This document shows, in pieces, positions 46,416-55,177 of a stretch of 64,000 nt of DNA. A program made the position numbers and the translations under genes. Within the stretch, counting starts at the first letter, position 1. The number at the start of each line of letters is the position of its first letter. The DNA lies in the NCBI GenBank assembly GCA_965248835.1, contig CBDFLJ010000001.1:1152001-1216000 (forward strand), read 5' to 3'. The stretch is from Alphaproteobacteria bacterium. Its GTDB lineage: Bacteria; Pseudomonadota; Alphaproteobacteria; MPNO01. Under the pieces are notes generated by a model. That model had not been told where the DNA came from, made no database searches, and saw only the letters and a program-made list of their open reading frames with translations.

Positions 46416-49067
46416 TCAACCGGCGTTTAGCAGTTCTCTGAACGCGGTGCCTTCCTTGTCCAGGTCGGCGACCGCTCCGTGCTCGACCACCTTGCCCCCG
46501 CGCACCACCATGACCTGCTCGAAATTGGACGCCAGATCCGGGCGCGACAAGGCCCAGATCACGCCGCGGCCTCGGAACGCCTCCAGGACCCGCCCGACCA
46601 GCCGGGCCAGGCTCGGGGCATCGAAGCCGACGCCAGCGTCGTTGAGAAGCAATATATCGGGCTTCTTGAGCAGCGTCCGCGCCAATCCGATGCGCTGGCG
46701 CTGGGCCGCCGACAACCGGGAACCGCCGATTCCGACCTGGAAATCGAGCCCAACCGTCATCACGGCGTGGCGCAGGTCCAGCGCATCGATCACTTCGCGG
46801 ATCAGCGCTCCGACGCGCTCGGCACCGCGCGCCGGGCCATAGGCGAGCTTGCCGAACAGGATATTGTCCTGGAGCGTGGCCGCTTCGTTGAACCTGCCGG
46901 CGTCGAAGAACGCGACCGCGCCGGCCAAGTCCCCGGGCAACCGGTCGGCAAAGCGCTTGCGCGCCTGCAGCACGCCTTCCTTGATCTCCGGGGTGATGGC
47001 ATCCAGCCGGTGACGCGCCGGAGAAACCATGAACGGCAACGACAGCAGCATCGTGCGCTCTTCGGGACGCAGTGCCTGCATGCCTTCGCGGCCGATACGG
47101 GTGATGACCGCCTGGAACTCGGGCAGGTCCTCGGAGCTGATGAAGCTGTACTGATCGAAGAAATGATGCCCCGGCGGCAGGTCGGCGAACAGCTCGACCA
47201 TCAACGAGGCGACCTCGCGGCCGGCTTCCAGCAACGGCGCCGCCAGGTCCGACTCTTCGAGGACCTGCAGCACATAGGGGTTCTCGGCCAGCCGGCCGAT
47301 CTGGAAAGCATCGCCGACCGGGGTGCCGAACAGAAGGTTCTCGCCCAGGGTCGCGTTCTCGTTGTAGGCCTCCGCGTCGAAGGTCTCCACGAGGGCCGCG
47401 ATCTCGGGATCGGCCAGCCGGTCGCGGAACGCCGCGCGGGCCTCGAGCAGGCTCTGCGCAAGACCGCTCCTGGCGGCCGGATCGATGGTGCCGCGCAGGC
47501 CCATTTCGTAGATGTCATCGGTCAGCCCGACGATGTCCAGCGCCTCGAAGACGCGCTCACCCAACGCCTCGCCGCCCTCGGCTTCGGCGGCCCGGTAGTC
47601 GATCCAGTCGGCGTAGGGATCATCGGCCGAATTGCCGGAAGCCTCGGCTTCCCGGATCCGGGCGCGCAACGCGGTCTGGCCGGCATCGTCATACACGGCC
47701 GGGTTCAGCGGGCGGTGCTTGAGCCCGTAGACCAGATTGTCGTAGACGCTGGCCGCGAACAGGAAGGGCTGCGCACCGACATAGCCGAGCCGACGCCCGG
47801 TCACCGCCTCGGGCAGCTCGGCAAGGCGGTCCGGGCCGATGGCGATGGTCCCGGCATTGGCCGCGATCAGCCGGGCCAGGAGCTGCATCAACTCCTCCTT
47901 GCCGCTGCCGCCGGCGCCGATCATCGCCACGTGCCTGGCCGAATCGAGCCTGAACGTCGCGCCGTCGACCAGCACGGTCCCGGTGTCGTCCTCCAGCAGC
48001 ACGCTCGAGCCGACCACCTCGCCCGATAGCGGCGCGATGGCCTCGGGCTCGATGCGTTGAAGGTCGAGCTCGAGCATGCCGGCCGGCTCGAACTGATCGG
48101 TCACCTGGCCGAACTTGATCCGGGCGTCCTCGCGCCGCTGGTAATAGGTGAGCAGTTCCTTCCACGGCGCCGCCAGGTCCTTGTGGGCGGCGATCGCCGC
48201 CAGCAGGGTGCCGATCTCCAGGTTGCCGTCGATCACCAGATAGCCGCCGATCGAATAGAAGCAGAAGGGGCCCAGCTGGTTGATCGAGTTGTTGAGGAAC
48301 TTGATGATGAACTTCCAGATATAGATCTTCAGCCGGACCTCGTAGATCTCGCCCAGCTGGCCGGAAAACTGGGCCAAATGGAGTGCCGAGGTGTCGTTGG
48401 CGTGGATCTCCTGGACGCCGGCGATGGTCTCGCCGATGCGGTCGGACAGCCGGCGGACCAGGCGCACGCGCTCCTTGCCGAAGGCGTTCACCCGGCGCTG
48501 CAGCTTCGGGATAAGCCAGAACTGCAACGGGTAGAGCGCCGTCGCGGCAAGCGCCATATAGGGGTTCTGGACCAGCAGGAAGGACAGGATCACCAGCAGC
48601 GTCCCGCCCTGGAAGGCGGGCAGCGAGAACGCATCGCCGATGAAACCGCCCAGCGGCTCGACCTCGGCGGTGATCATCTGGATCACCTCGCCCTGGGAGG
48701 TCTTGCGGAAGGTCGGCAGCGGGAATCGCATGACCCGCGAATAGAGATCGAAGCGCAGCCGGCGCAGCATCCGCTCGCCGACCCGGCCGCGATAGACGTT
48801 GATGGCGTACTTGAAGCTCTGGTTGAAGAAGACCAGCAGCAGGAACAGCGCGCTCAGCAAGAACAGGTAGTCGATCTGGTCGAGCGCGACGCCCGCGAGC
48901 GCGACCGGAAATGCGATGGTGTTGGCCAGGATCGCCTCGTTGACGATCTGCTTGGGAAGCTCGTAGAAGGCGTAGAGGAACGGGAAGCTCGCCGCCGCCA
49001 TCAAGGTCAGCACAACCTGCCGGCGCACGCTGTGGCGCAGGATGTACCTGTAGATACCCTTTTCCAC
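46416..49067 (-). CDS. ABC exporter-like protein (TMD plus degenerate, expanded NBD)
   Basis: ABC membrane domain (GERMLRRLR..LY..V.RFPL); GAGGSGK, LSAAQRQRIGLAR; GTG start 49067 with SD GAAGGGAAG. Confidence 0.88.
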   Translation of the reverse strand: MEKGIYRYILRHSVRRQVVLTLMAAASFPFLYAFYELPKQIVNEAILANTIAFPVALAGVALDQIDYLFLLSALFLLLVFFNQSFKYAINVYRGRVGERMLRRLRFDLYSRVMRFPLPTFRKTSQGEVIQMITAEVEPLGGFIGDAFSLPAFQGGTLLVILSFLLVQNPYMALAATALYPLQFWLIPKLQRRVNAFGKERVRLVRRLSDRIGETIAGVQEIHANDTSALHLAQFSGQLGEIYEVRLKIYIWKFIIKFLNNSINQLGPFCFYSIGGYLVIDGNLEIGTLLAAIAAHKDLAAPWKELLTYYQRREDARIKFGQVTDQFEPAGMLELDLQRIEPEAIAPLSGEVVGSSVLLEDDTGTVLVDGATFRLDSARHVAMIGAGGSGKEELMQLLARLIAANAGTIAIGPDRLAELPEAVTGRRLGYVGAQPFLFAASVYDNLVYGLKHRPLNPAVYDDAGQTALRARIREAEASGNSADDPYADWIDYRAAEAEGGEALGERVFEALDIVGLTDDIYEMGLRGTIDPAARSGLAQSLLEARAAFRDRLADPEIAALVETFDAEAYNENATLGENLLFGTPVGDAFQIGRLAENPYVLQVLEESDLAAPLLEAGREVASLMVELFADLPPGHHFFDQYSFISSEDLPEFQAVITRIGREGMQALRPEERTMLLSLPFMVSPARHRLDAITPEIKEGVLQARKRFADRLPGDLAGAVAFFDAGRFNEAATLQDNILFGKLAYGPARGAERVGALIREVIDALDLRHAVMTVGLDFQVGIGGSRLSAAQRQRIGLARTLLKKPDILLLNDAGVGFDAPSLARLVGRVLEAFRGRGVIWALSRPDLASNFEQVMVVRGGKVVEHGAVADLDKEGTAFRELLNAG

Positions 49068-49206
49068 CAGCTTCCCTTCGACGCCCGCCGACCGGGCCGC
49101 GGCCCGGATTCCTAGACTATTACGCCACCGTTGCGGTGTTCTGCAAACCGCGCGGGCCGGACTTGCGATCGGGCAAATCCCTTTTGACGGCCAATCTCTT
49201 ACTTGG

Positions 49207-49225
49207 GCACAGCTTCGTGCTGTGC
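49207..49225. promoter_or_regulatory. Palindrome in the divergent promoter region (possible operator)
   Basis: GCACAGC-ttcgt-GCTGTGC between the divergent ABC and glycosyltransferase genes. Confidence 0.3.
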
Positions 49226-49259
49226 GATAGTCGGCTCGATAATATTCCGGGAGCGCGGG

Positions 49260-50483
49260 ATGGAAGAGGCCGCGGCGAACACGCGGGTACTGGTCTACAG
49301 CCACGACACGTTCGGTCTGGGCCACTTGCGCCGGTGCCGGGCGATCGCCAACGCGCTGGTCGACCGCAATCCGGAGATGTCGGTCCTGATCATGTCGGGC
49401 TCGCCGATCATCGGCAGTTTCGAGTTCCGCCGGCGGGTCGATTTCGTCCGCATCCCGGGCGTCATCAAGCTGCGCAACGGCGAGTACACCTCGCACAGCC
49501 TCAAGCTCGGCATCGAGGACACGATGGCGATGCGCGCCTCGATCATCCGCCATACCGCGGACGTGTTCGATCCGGACTTCTTCCTGGTCGACAAGGAGCC
49601 GCTGGGGCTGCGGGGCGAGGTCAGCGAGACGCTGGAGATGCTCAAGGCGCGCGGCACGCCGCTGGTGCTGGGCCTGCGCGACGTGCTGGACGAGCCCGCG
49701 CTGCTGGCACCGGAATGGGAACGCAAGAACGTCGTGCCCGCGCTCCAGAACCTCTATGACGAGATCTGGATCTACGGGCTGCCGCAGATTTGCGACCCGC
49801 TGGCCGATCTACCGCTCAGCGACTCGATCCGCCGACGCACGGTGTTCACCGGCTACCTGGAGCGCTCGGCGGTCTCGGCCGCATCCGCCGCCACGCCCGA
49901 ACTGCCCTTCGACTCGCCGTTCCTGCTGGTCACGCCGGGCGGCGGCGGCGACGGCGAGGCGCTGGTCGACTGGGTGCTGCGCGCCTACGAGGCCGACAGC
50001 GGAGCACCGCACCCCGCGTTGATCGTCTTCGGCCCGTTCATGCCGCCGGAGTCCCAGGCACGGTTCGTCCAGCGCGCCGCCGCGCTGGACAGCGTCGCGG
50101 TGATCACCTTCGATGCCAATCTCGAGGCGCTGATCGCCCGGGCGGCCGGGATCGTCGCCATGGGCGGCTACAACACGTTCTGCGAAATCCTGTCTTTCGA
50201 CAAGCCGGCGCTGGTGGTGCCGCGAACCGTTCCGCGCCGGGAACAATATATCCGCGCGAACCGCGCCGAAGCCCTCGGGCTGCTCAGGGTGCTGGTCGAC
50301 GACGGCCGCCGCGACCCCGCCTCGATGGCGACCGCGCTGCGCGCGCTGCCGCAGCAACCCGCGCCGTCCGAGGTGGTGGTCCCGGGCCTGCTCGACGGCC
50401 TGCACAATGTCGATCGGCTGGCCCGGCGGCTGATCCAACGGGCCGGCACGCCGCGGCTCGGGCTGGCGCGGCAGACCGGCTAG
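49260..50483 (+). CDS. Predicted glycosyltransferase (COG4671-like, GT-B)
   Basis: YSHDTFGLGHLRR, LVDKEPLG, LGLRDVLD, GGGGDG, MGGYNT..E, VPR....EQ..RA. Confidence 0.88.
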   Translation: MEEAAANTRVLVYSHDTFGLGHLRRCRAIANALVDRNPEMSVLIMSGSPIIGSFEFRRRVDFVRIPGVIKLRNGEYTSHSLKLGIEDTMAMRASIIRHTADVFDPDFFLVDKEPLGLRGEVSETLEMLKARGTPLVLGLRDVLDEPALLAPEWERKNVVPALQNLYDEIWIYGLPQICDPLADLPLSDSIRRRTVFTGYLERSAVSAASAATPELPFDSPFLLVTPGGGGDGEALVDWVLRAYEADSGAPHPALIVFGPFMPPESQARFVQRAAALDSVAVITFDANLEALIARAAGIVAMGGYNTFCEILSFDKPALVVPRTVPRREQYIRANRAEALGLLRVLVDDGRRDPASMATALRALPQQPAPSEVVVPGLLDGLHNVDRLARRLIQRAGTPRLGLARQTG

Positions 50484-50493
50484 GAAGCAGGCC

Positions 50494-51765
50494 ATGGCCG
50501 GCCCGGTCGCTTTCGTGCTCAAAGGCTATCCGCGCCTGTCGGAGACCTTCATCGCCAACGAGATCCGCGCCCTGGAGCGGCGCGGCCTGGACATCCGCAT
50601 CGTCTCGCTGCGCCAGCCGACCGAGACCGCGCGCCATGCGGTGCACGCCGAGATCGCCGCGCCGATCCTCTACCTGCCGGAATACCTGCACGACCAGCCG
50701 CGGCGCGTCCTTGCCGGGCTCCGTGCGGCGCACCGCCTGCCGGGCTTCGCGGCAGCGCTGCGCACATGGCTCAAGGACCTGATCAGGGATCCGACGCCCA
50801 ACAGGGTCCGCAGGTTCGGGCAGGCGGCCGTGCTGGCCGCGGAAATGCCGGCCGGGATCGGCCACCTGCACGCCCATTTCCTGCACACCCCGGCCTCGGT
50901 CGCACGCTACGCGGCAATCATCGCGGGACTGCAATGGTCGGTCTCGGCGCACGCGAAGGACATCTGGACCACACCGTCCTGGGAGAAGTCCGAAAAGCTC
51001 GCCGCCTGCGCCTGGCTCGTGACCTGCAGCCAGGCTGCGGGCCGGCACCTGAGCGGGCTGGCGCCGCAGCCGGCGCGCGTCCAGGTGATCTATCACGGCC
51101 TCGACCCGGAACGCTTTCCCTCCCCCGCGCGGGCGCCCCAGCAGCGCGACGGCACCGATCCGGCCGCCCCTGTCCGGCTGCTCACCGTCGCGAGGGCGGT
51201 CGAGAAGAAAGGCCTCGACGTGCTGCTCGCGGCGCTAGCGATGCTCCCGCGCGCGGTGGGCTGGCGGCTGACCCATATCGGCGGCGGGACGGATCGCGAC
51301 GCGCTCATGGCGCTGGCCGGGCGGCTGGGGATCGGCGCGCGGATCGCGTGGCGCGGCGCGGCCGCCCAGGACGAGGTCCTTGCGGCCTATCGCCGGGCGG
51401 ACCTGTTCGTCCTGCCCTCGCGCATCGCGCGCTCGGGCGATCGCGACGGCCTGCCCAACGTCCTGCTCGAGGCGCAGAGCCAGGGGCTGGCTTGTCTGGC
51501 GAGCCGCGTGGCGGCGATCCCGGAGCTGATCGAGGACGGCCGCACCGGCATCCTGGTGCCGCCCGAGGATGCCGCAGCCCTGGCCGACGCGCTGCTGGCT
51601 CTGATCGGCAACCCGCTGCGGCGCGAGGGGCTGGGACGCGCCGGTGCGGAGCGGGTGCGCGGCGAATTCGGGTTCGCCGCCGGCATCGACCGGCTCGCGG
51701 CGCAGTTCGGCCTCACCGAGCCCGGATCCCGGGCGGCATGCGCGTCGCTTTCTACGCGCCGATGA
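50494..51765 (+). CDS. GT4 family glycosyltransferase
   Basis: KGYPRLSETFIANE, HAHF, AHAKDI, RAVEKKG, DRDGLPNVLLEA. Confidence 0.9.
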   Translation: MAGPVAFVLKGYPRLSETFIANEIRALERRGLDIRIVSLRQPTETARHAVHAEIAAPILYLPEYLHDQPRRVLAGLRAAHRLPGFAAALRTWLKDLIRDPTPNRVRRFGQAAVLAAEMPAGIGHLHAHFLHTPASVARYAAIIAGLQWSVSAHAKDIWTTPSWEKSEKLAACAWLVTCSQAAGRHLSGLAPQPARVQVIYHGLDPERFPSPARAPQQRDGTDPAAPVRLLTVARAVEKKGLDVLLAALAMLPRAVGWRLTHIGGGTDRDALMALAGRLGIGARIAWRGAAAQDEVLAAYRRADLFVLPSRIARSGDRDGLPNVLLEAQSQGLACLASRVAAIPELIEDGRTGILVPPEDAAALADALLALIGNPLRREGLGRAGAERVRGEFGFAAGIDRLAAQFGLTEPGSRAACASLSTRR

Positions 51766-52895
51766 AGCCGCCGGGATCGCCGGTGCCCTCGGGCGACCGG
51801 GCGGTCGCCCGCCTGCTGATCCGCGCGCTGGAAGCCGCCGGGCACAGGGTCGACCTGCCGTCGTCGTTTTGTGCGCGCGAGCCCGGGGGCGATCCATCCC
51901 GCCAGGACCGGCTGCGCCGGACCGGCGGGCGGCTGGCCGGCCGGCTGGTCCGCCGCTACCGCTCCGCGCCGGCGATACAACGGCCGCAGACGTGGTTCAC
52001 CTACCACCTCTACTACAAAGCGCCCGACTGGCTCGGCCCCGCGGTCTCGGCGGCGCTCGACATCCCCTATGTGATTGCCGAGGCCTCGCACGCGCCCAAG
52101 CGCGGCGGCGGGCCGTGGGCGATCGGCCATGACGGCGCGGCGGCGGCTATCCGGTGGGCCGATGCGATCATCGGCCTCAACTCGGCCGATACGGACTGCC
52201 TGCTGCCGCTGGTCGCGGGCCCGGACAAGCTGTGCCAACTCGCCCCGTTCATCGATACGGCACCGTTCGCGGCGGCCGCCGATCGGCGCGCCGACCACCA
52301 GGCGCCGCTTGCCGCACGGCTGGGGCTGGCCGACGGCGCGGCGGTCCTGCTGACGGTTGCGATGATGCGGCGTGGCGACAAGCTCGCCTCCTACCGGGTG
52401 CTGGCCCAGGCGTTGTCGCACCTGGTGGACGAGCCGTGGACGCTGGTGATCGCCGGCGGCGGCCCGGCGCGGGCCGATGTCGAGGCGGCGTTTGCCGCAC
52501 TCCCCGACGGCCGGGTGCATTTCCTGGGCGAGGTCGTGCCCGCCGACCTGCCGGCGCTTTACGCGGCGGCGGACATCTATGTCTGGCCGGCGGTGCGCGA
52601 GGCCTTCGGCGTCGCCATCATCGAAGCCCAGGCGGCGGGCCTGCCGGTGGTCGCCGGCAACGCGGGCGGGGTCGGCGACATCGTTGCGGACGGCGAGACC
52701 GGCATCCTCGCCGCCGAGGGCGATCCCGGCGCCTTCGCCGAGGCGCTGCTATTCCTGCTCCAGGCGCCCTACTACACCGCCGCATATGCCGGCGCGGCGC
52801 GGCGCAAGGCGTCCTCGCGCCACGGTCTGGAGGCCGCCGCGGCCGGCATAGACCGGGTCCTGCGCCGGATTACAGCCAAGACGGCGCATCGGTGA
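51738..52895 (+). CDS. GT4 family glycosyltransferase
   Basis: MRVAFYAPMKPP..PVPSGDR, TYHLYYKAPD, EAFG...IEAQAAGLPVV. Confidence 0.88.
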   Translation: MRVAFYAPMKPPGSPVPSGDRAVARLLIRALEAAGHRVDLPSSFCAREPGGDPSRQDRLRRTGGRLAGRLVRRYRSAPAIQRPQTWFTYHLYYKAPDWLGPAVSAALDIPYVIAEASHAPKRGGGPWAIGHDGAAAAIRWADAIIGLNSADTDCLLPLVAGPDKLCQLAPFIDTAPFAAAADRRADHQAPLAARLGLADGAAVLLTVAMMRRGDKLASYRVLAQALSHLVDEPWTLVIAGGGPARADVEAAFAALPDGRVHFLGEVVPADLPALYAAADIYVWPAVREAFGVAIIEAQAAGLPVVAGNAGGVGDIVADGETGILAAEGDPGAFAEALLFLLQAPYYTAAYAGAARRKASSRHGLEAAAAGIDRVLRRITAKTAHR

Positions 52896-53482
52896 TCCAT
52901 CTCGCCCTGATCCGCCACGGCCCGACCGACTGGAACGAAGCCAGGCTCATCCAGGGCCACGCCGACCGGGCGCTGAGCGAATCCGGTCGCAAGGCGGTCG
53001 CGCAATGGGTCCTGCCCGAAGAGCTCAAGGCGTTCGACTGGTTCGTGAGCCCCTTGGCAAGGGCGCGGGAGACCGCTTGCCTTCTCGGCATCGAGGCGAC
53101 CGTCGAACACGCTTTGATCGAAATGGACTGGGGCGCGTGGGAGGGCCTGAACAGCGCCGAAATCCGCGCCCGGTACGGAACCGAGGAATTCGAGCGCCGC
53201 ACTGCGCACGGCCTCGATCTGAGGCCGCATGGCGGAGAAAGCCCGCGCGAGCTGCGCCAGCGGGTCTCGGCGTGGCTTCTCGGGCGCCGCGCGGCGGGCG
53301 CGGCGGTGGGCGCAGTCTGCCACCAGGGCGTGATCCGCGCGGTGCTGTCGCTTGCCACCGGCTGGGACATGATCGCCAAGCCGCCGGTCCGGCTGGAATG
53401 GGCCGCAGCCCAGCTTTTCGCCATCGACGCTGACGGCGCCGTCACGCTGGAGCGGGCAAACATCATGCTGGACGGCTCATGA
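52892..53482 (+). CDS. Histidine phosphatase (phosphoglycerate mutase-like)
   Basis: LIRHG.T.WN, SPL.RARET, E.DWG.WEG, GGES, VCHQG; GTGA overlap with the upstream gene. Confidence 0.9.
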   Translation: MIHLALIRHGPTDWNEARLIQGHADRALSESGRKAVAQWVLPEELKAFDWFVSPLARARETACLLGIEATVEHALIEMDWGAWEGLNSAEIRARYGTEEFERRTAHGLDLRPHGGESPRELRQRVSAWLLGRRAAGAAVGAVCHQGVIRAVLSLATGWDMIAKPPVRLEWAAAQLFAIDADGAVTLERANIMLDGS

Positions 53483-54633
53483 CCGCAGCCCCGCGCGTGC
53501 TGTTCTACGTCCAGCACCTGCTGGGCATCGGCCATCTCAAGCGCGCGGTAACGCTCGCCCGGGCGCTCGGCGGCGCCGGCGCGGCCGTCACCCTGGTTTC
53601 CGGCGGCCCGGCGGTGCCGGGCCTGGATGCCGGCCGCGCCCGCTTCGTTCAGCTTCCGCCGGTGACCGCGGGCGATCGAACGTTCAAGGTGCTGATCGAC
53701 GAAGCCGGTCGGGAGATGGACGAGGCGCTGCGCAAGGCGCGCGCCGCAGCACTGGTCGCACTGGTCGCCGAGACCGCGCCGGACGCGGTGATCACCGAGC
53801 TTTACCCGTTCGGGCGGCGCCAGCTCCGCAGCGAGATCCTGGCGATGCTCGAAGCGGCCGCCGCCAGAACCCCCAGACCTCTCATCCTTTCCTCGGTCCG
53901 CGATATTCTCGTCACACCGCCCAAGCCCGAGCGAATCACCGAGATGCTGGACGTCATCGAGCGGCTTTACGACCTAGTTCTGGTGCACGGCGATCCGTCG
54001 ATCGTCCCCTTCGAGCGCACTTTCGCGCCGGCCGCGCGCATCGCCCGGAAGATCCGCTATACCGGCTACGTGGTGGACGAAGCGCCGGACGGCGGGGATG
54101 CGGGCGCCGGGGAGGTGATCGTCTCGGCCGGCGGCGGAGCGGTCAGCCAGACGCTGTTCGAGGCCGCGATCGCCGCCCGGCCCCGCACCGCGCTGGCCGG
54201 CGCGCCGTGGCGGGTTCTCGCCGGGCACGGGCTGCCGCAAGACCTGTTCGTGCGCATCCGCTCGGCTGCGCCGGCCGGGGTGGTGGTCGAACGCGCGCGC
54301 GCGGATTTCACCAGCCTGCTTGCCAACTGCCGCCTGTCGATCTCCCAGGGCGGCTACAACACGATGATGGAGCTCCTTGTCACCGGCGCGCGCGCGGTGG
54401 TGGTGCCCTATGCCGGTGGGCTGGAGACCGAGCAGACGCTGCGTGCGCGGCTTCTGGCCGCCGACGCCGGGTTCACGGTCGTCGAGGAGGCGGAGCTGTC
54501 GGCGGCAAAGATCGCCGAGGCCGTCCGGGCCGCAATCGACGCGCCGCCGCCACGGCGGCCGGCGATCGATCTCGACGGCGCGGCGGCGACCGCCCGCTTG
54601 GTCCTCGACGCCCTCGGCGCGCGGGTCGGGTGA
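53479..54633 (+). CDS. Predicted glycosyltransferase (COG4671-like, GT-B), second copy
   Basis: YVQHLLGIGHLKR, ELYPFGR, SVRDIL, VHGDP, YTGY, SAGGG, QGGYNT..E, EQTLRA. Confidence 0.88.
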   Translation: MTAAPRVLFYVQHLLGIGHLKRAVTLARALGGAGAAVTLVSGGPAVPGLDAGRARFVQLPPVTAGDRTFKVLIDEAGREMDEALRKARAAALVALVAETAPDAVITELYPFGRRQLRSEILAMLEAAAARTPRPLILSSVRDILVTPPKPERITEMLDVIERLYDLVLVHGDPSIVPFERTFAPAARIARKIRYTGYVVDEAPDGGDAGAGEVIVSAGGGAVSQTLFEAAIAARPRTALAGAPWRVLAGHGLPQDLFVRIRSAAPAGVVVERARADFTSLLANCRLSISQGGYNTMMELLVTGARAVVVPYAGGLETEQTLRARLLAADAGFTVVEEAELSAAKIAEAVRAAIDAPPPRRPAIDLDGAAATARLVLDALGARVG

Positions 54634-54643
54634 GCGTGCGGTG

Positions 54644-55177
54644 ATGTCGACCGCCCCGATCCCGGCGGCCGACGGCACGCGCCTGGTCTACCCGCCCGGC
54701 GCCACCGCGGCGGCGCTCCTGCGCACCGGCGCCGGTCTGGCGCTCACGCTCGGGCCGCTGGCGCTCATCGGGCCGAGCGATGAGGCCGCGCTGATCCTCG
54801 GCGGTCTGGCGCTGGTCTTCACCGTCTACGGCGCCCAGGCGCTGGTTCGGGCGCGGTCCGAAATCGTCGTCTCGCAGGAAGGGGTCCGCGTGGACGGGCC
54901 GATCCCGGCCCGCGTCCTTTGGGACGCGCTTGTCAGGGTGAAGTTGCGTTACTATACGACCAGTAGAGACCGCGTCGGTGGATGGATGGTCCTGACGATA
55001 AAGGGAACAGAGCAGGCCGTTCGCGTCGAATCGACACTCGAGGGCTTCGCCGGCCTGCTGGCGCGCACCGTCGGCGAGGCGCAGGCCCGCGGCGTCGCGC
55101 TGCCGGCCGCGACGTGCGGCAATTTGCGCCCGTTCGGCATCGAAGCCGATGACCGAGCCGCCCGAGACCGAAGCTGA
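54644..55177 (+). CDS. Hypothetical membrane protein (2 TM plus small soluble domain)
   Basis: Two hydrophobic segments, then a beta-rich region (I.V..EGV......V.W..L..V.LRYY); the stop overlaps the next ATG. Confidence 0.65.
   Translation: MSTAPIPAADGTRLVYPPGATAAALLRTGAGLALTLGPLALIGPSDEAALILGGLALVFTVYGAQALVRARSEIVVSQEGVRVDGPIPARVLWDALVRVKLRYYTTSRDRVGGWMVLTIKGTEQAVRVESTLEGFAGLLARTVGEAQARGVALPAATCGNLRPFGIEADDRAARDRS

Noticed and set aside
54930-55040. Locally AT-richer patch inside the membrane-protein gene
   Set aside because: Short, in frame and without flanking repeats; no evidence of an insertion.
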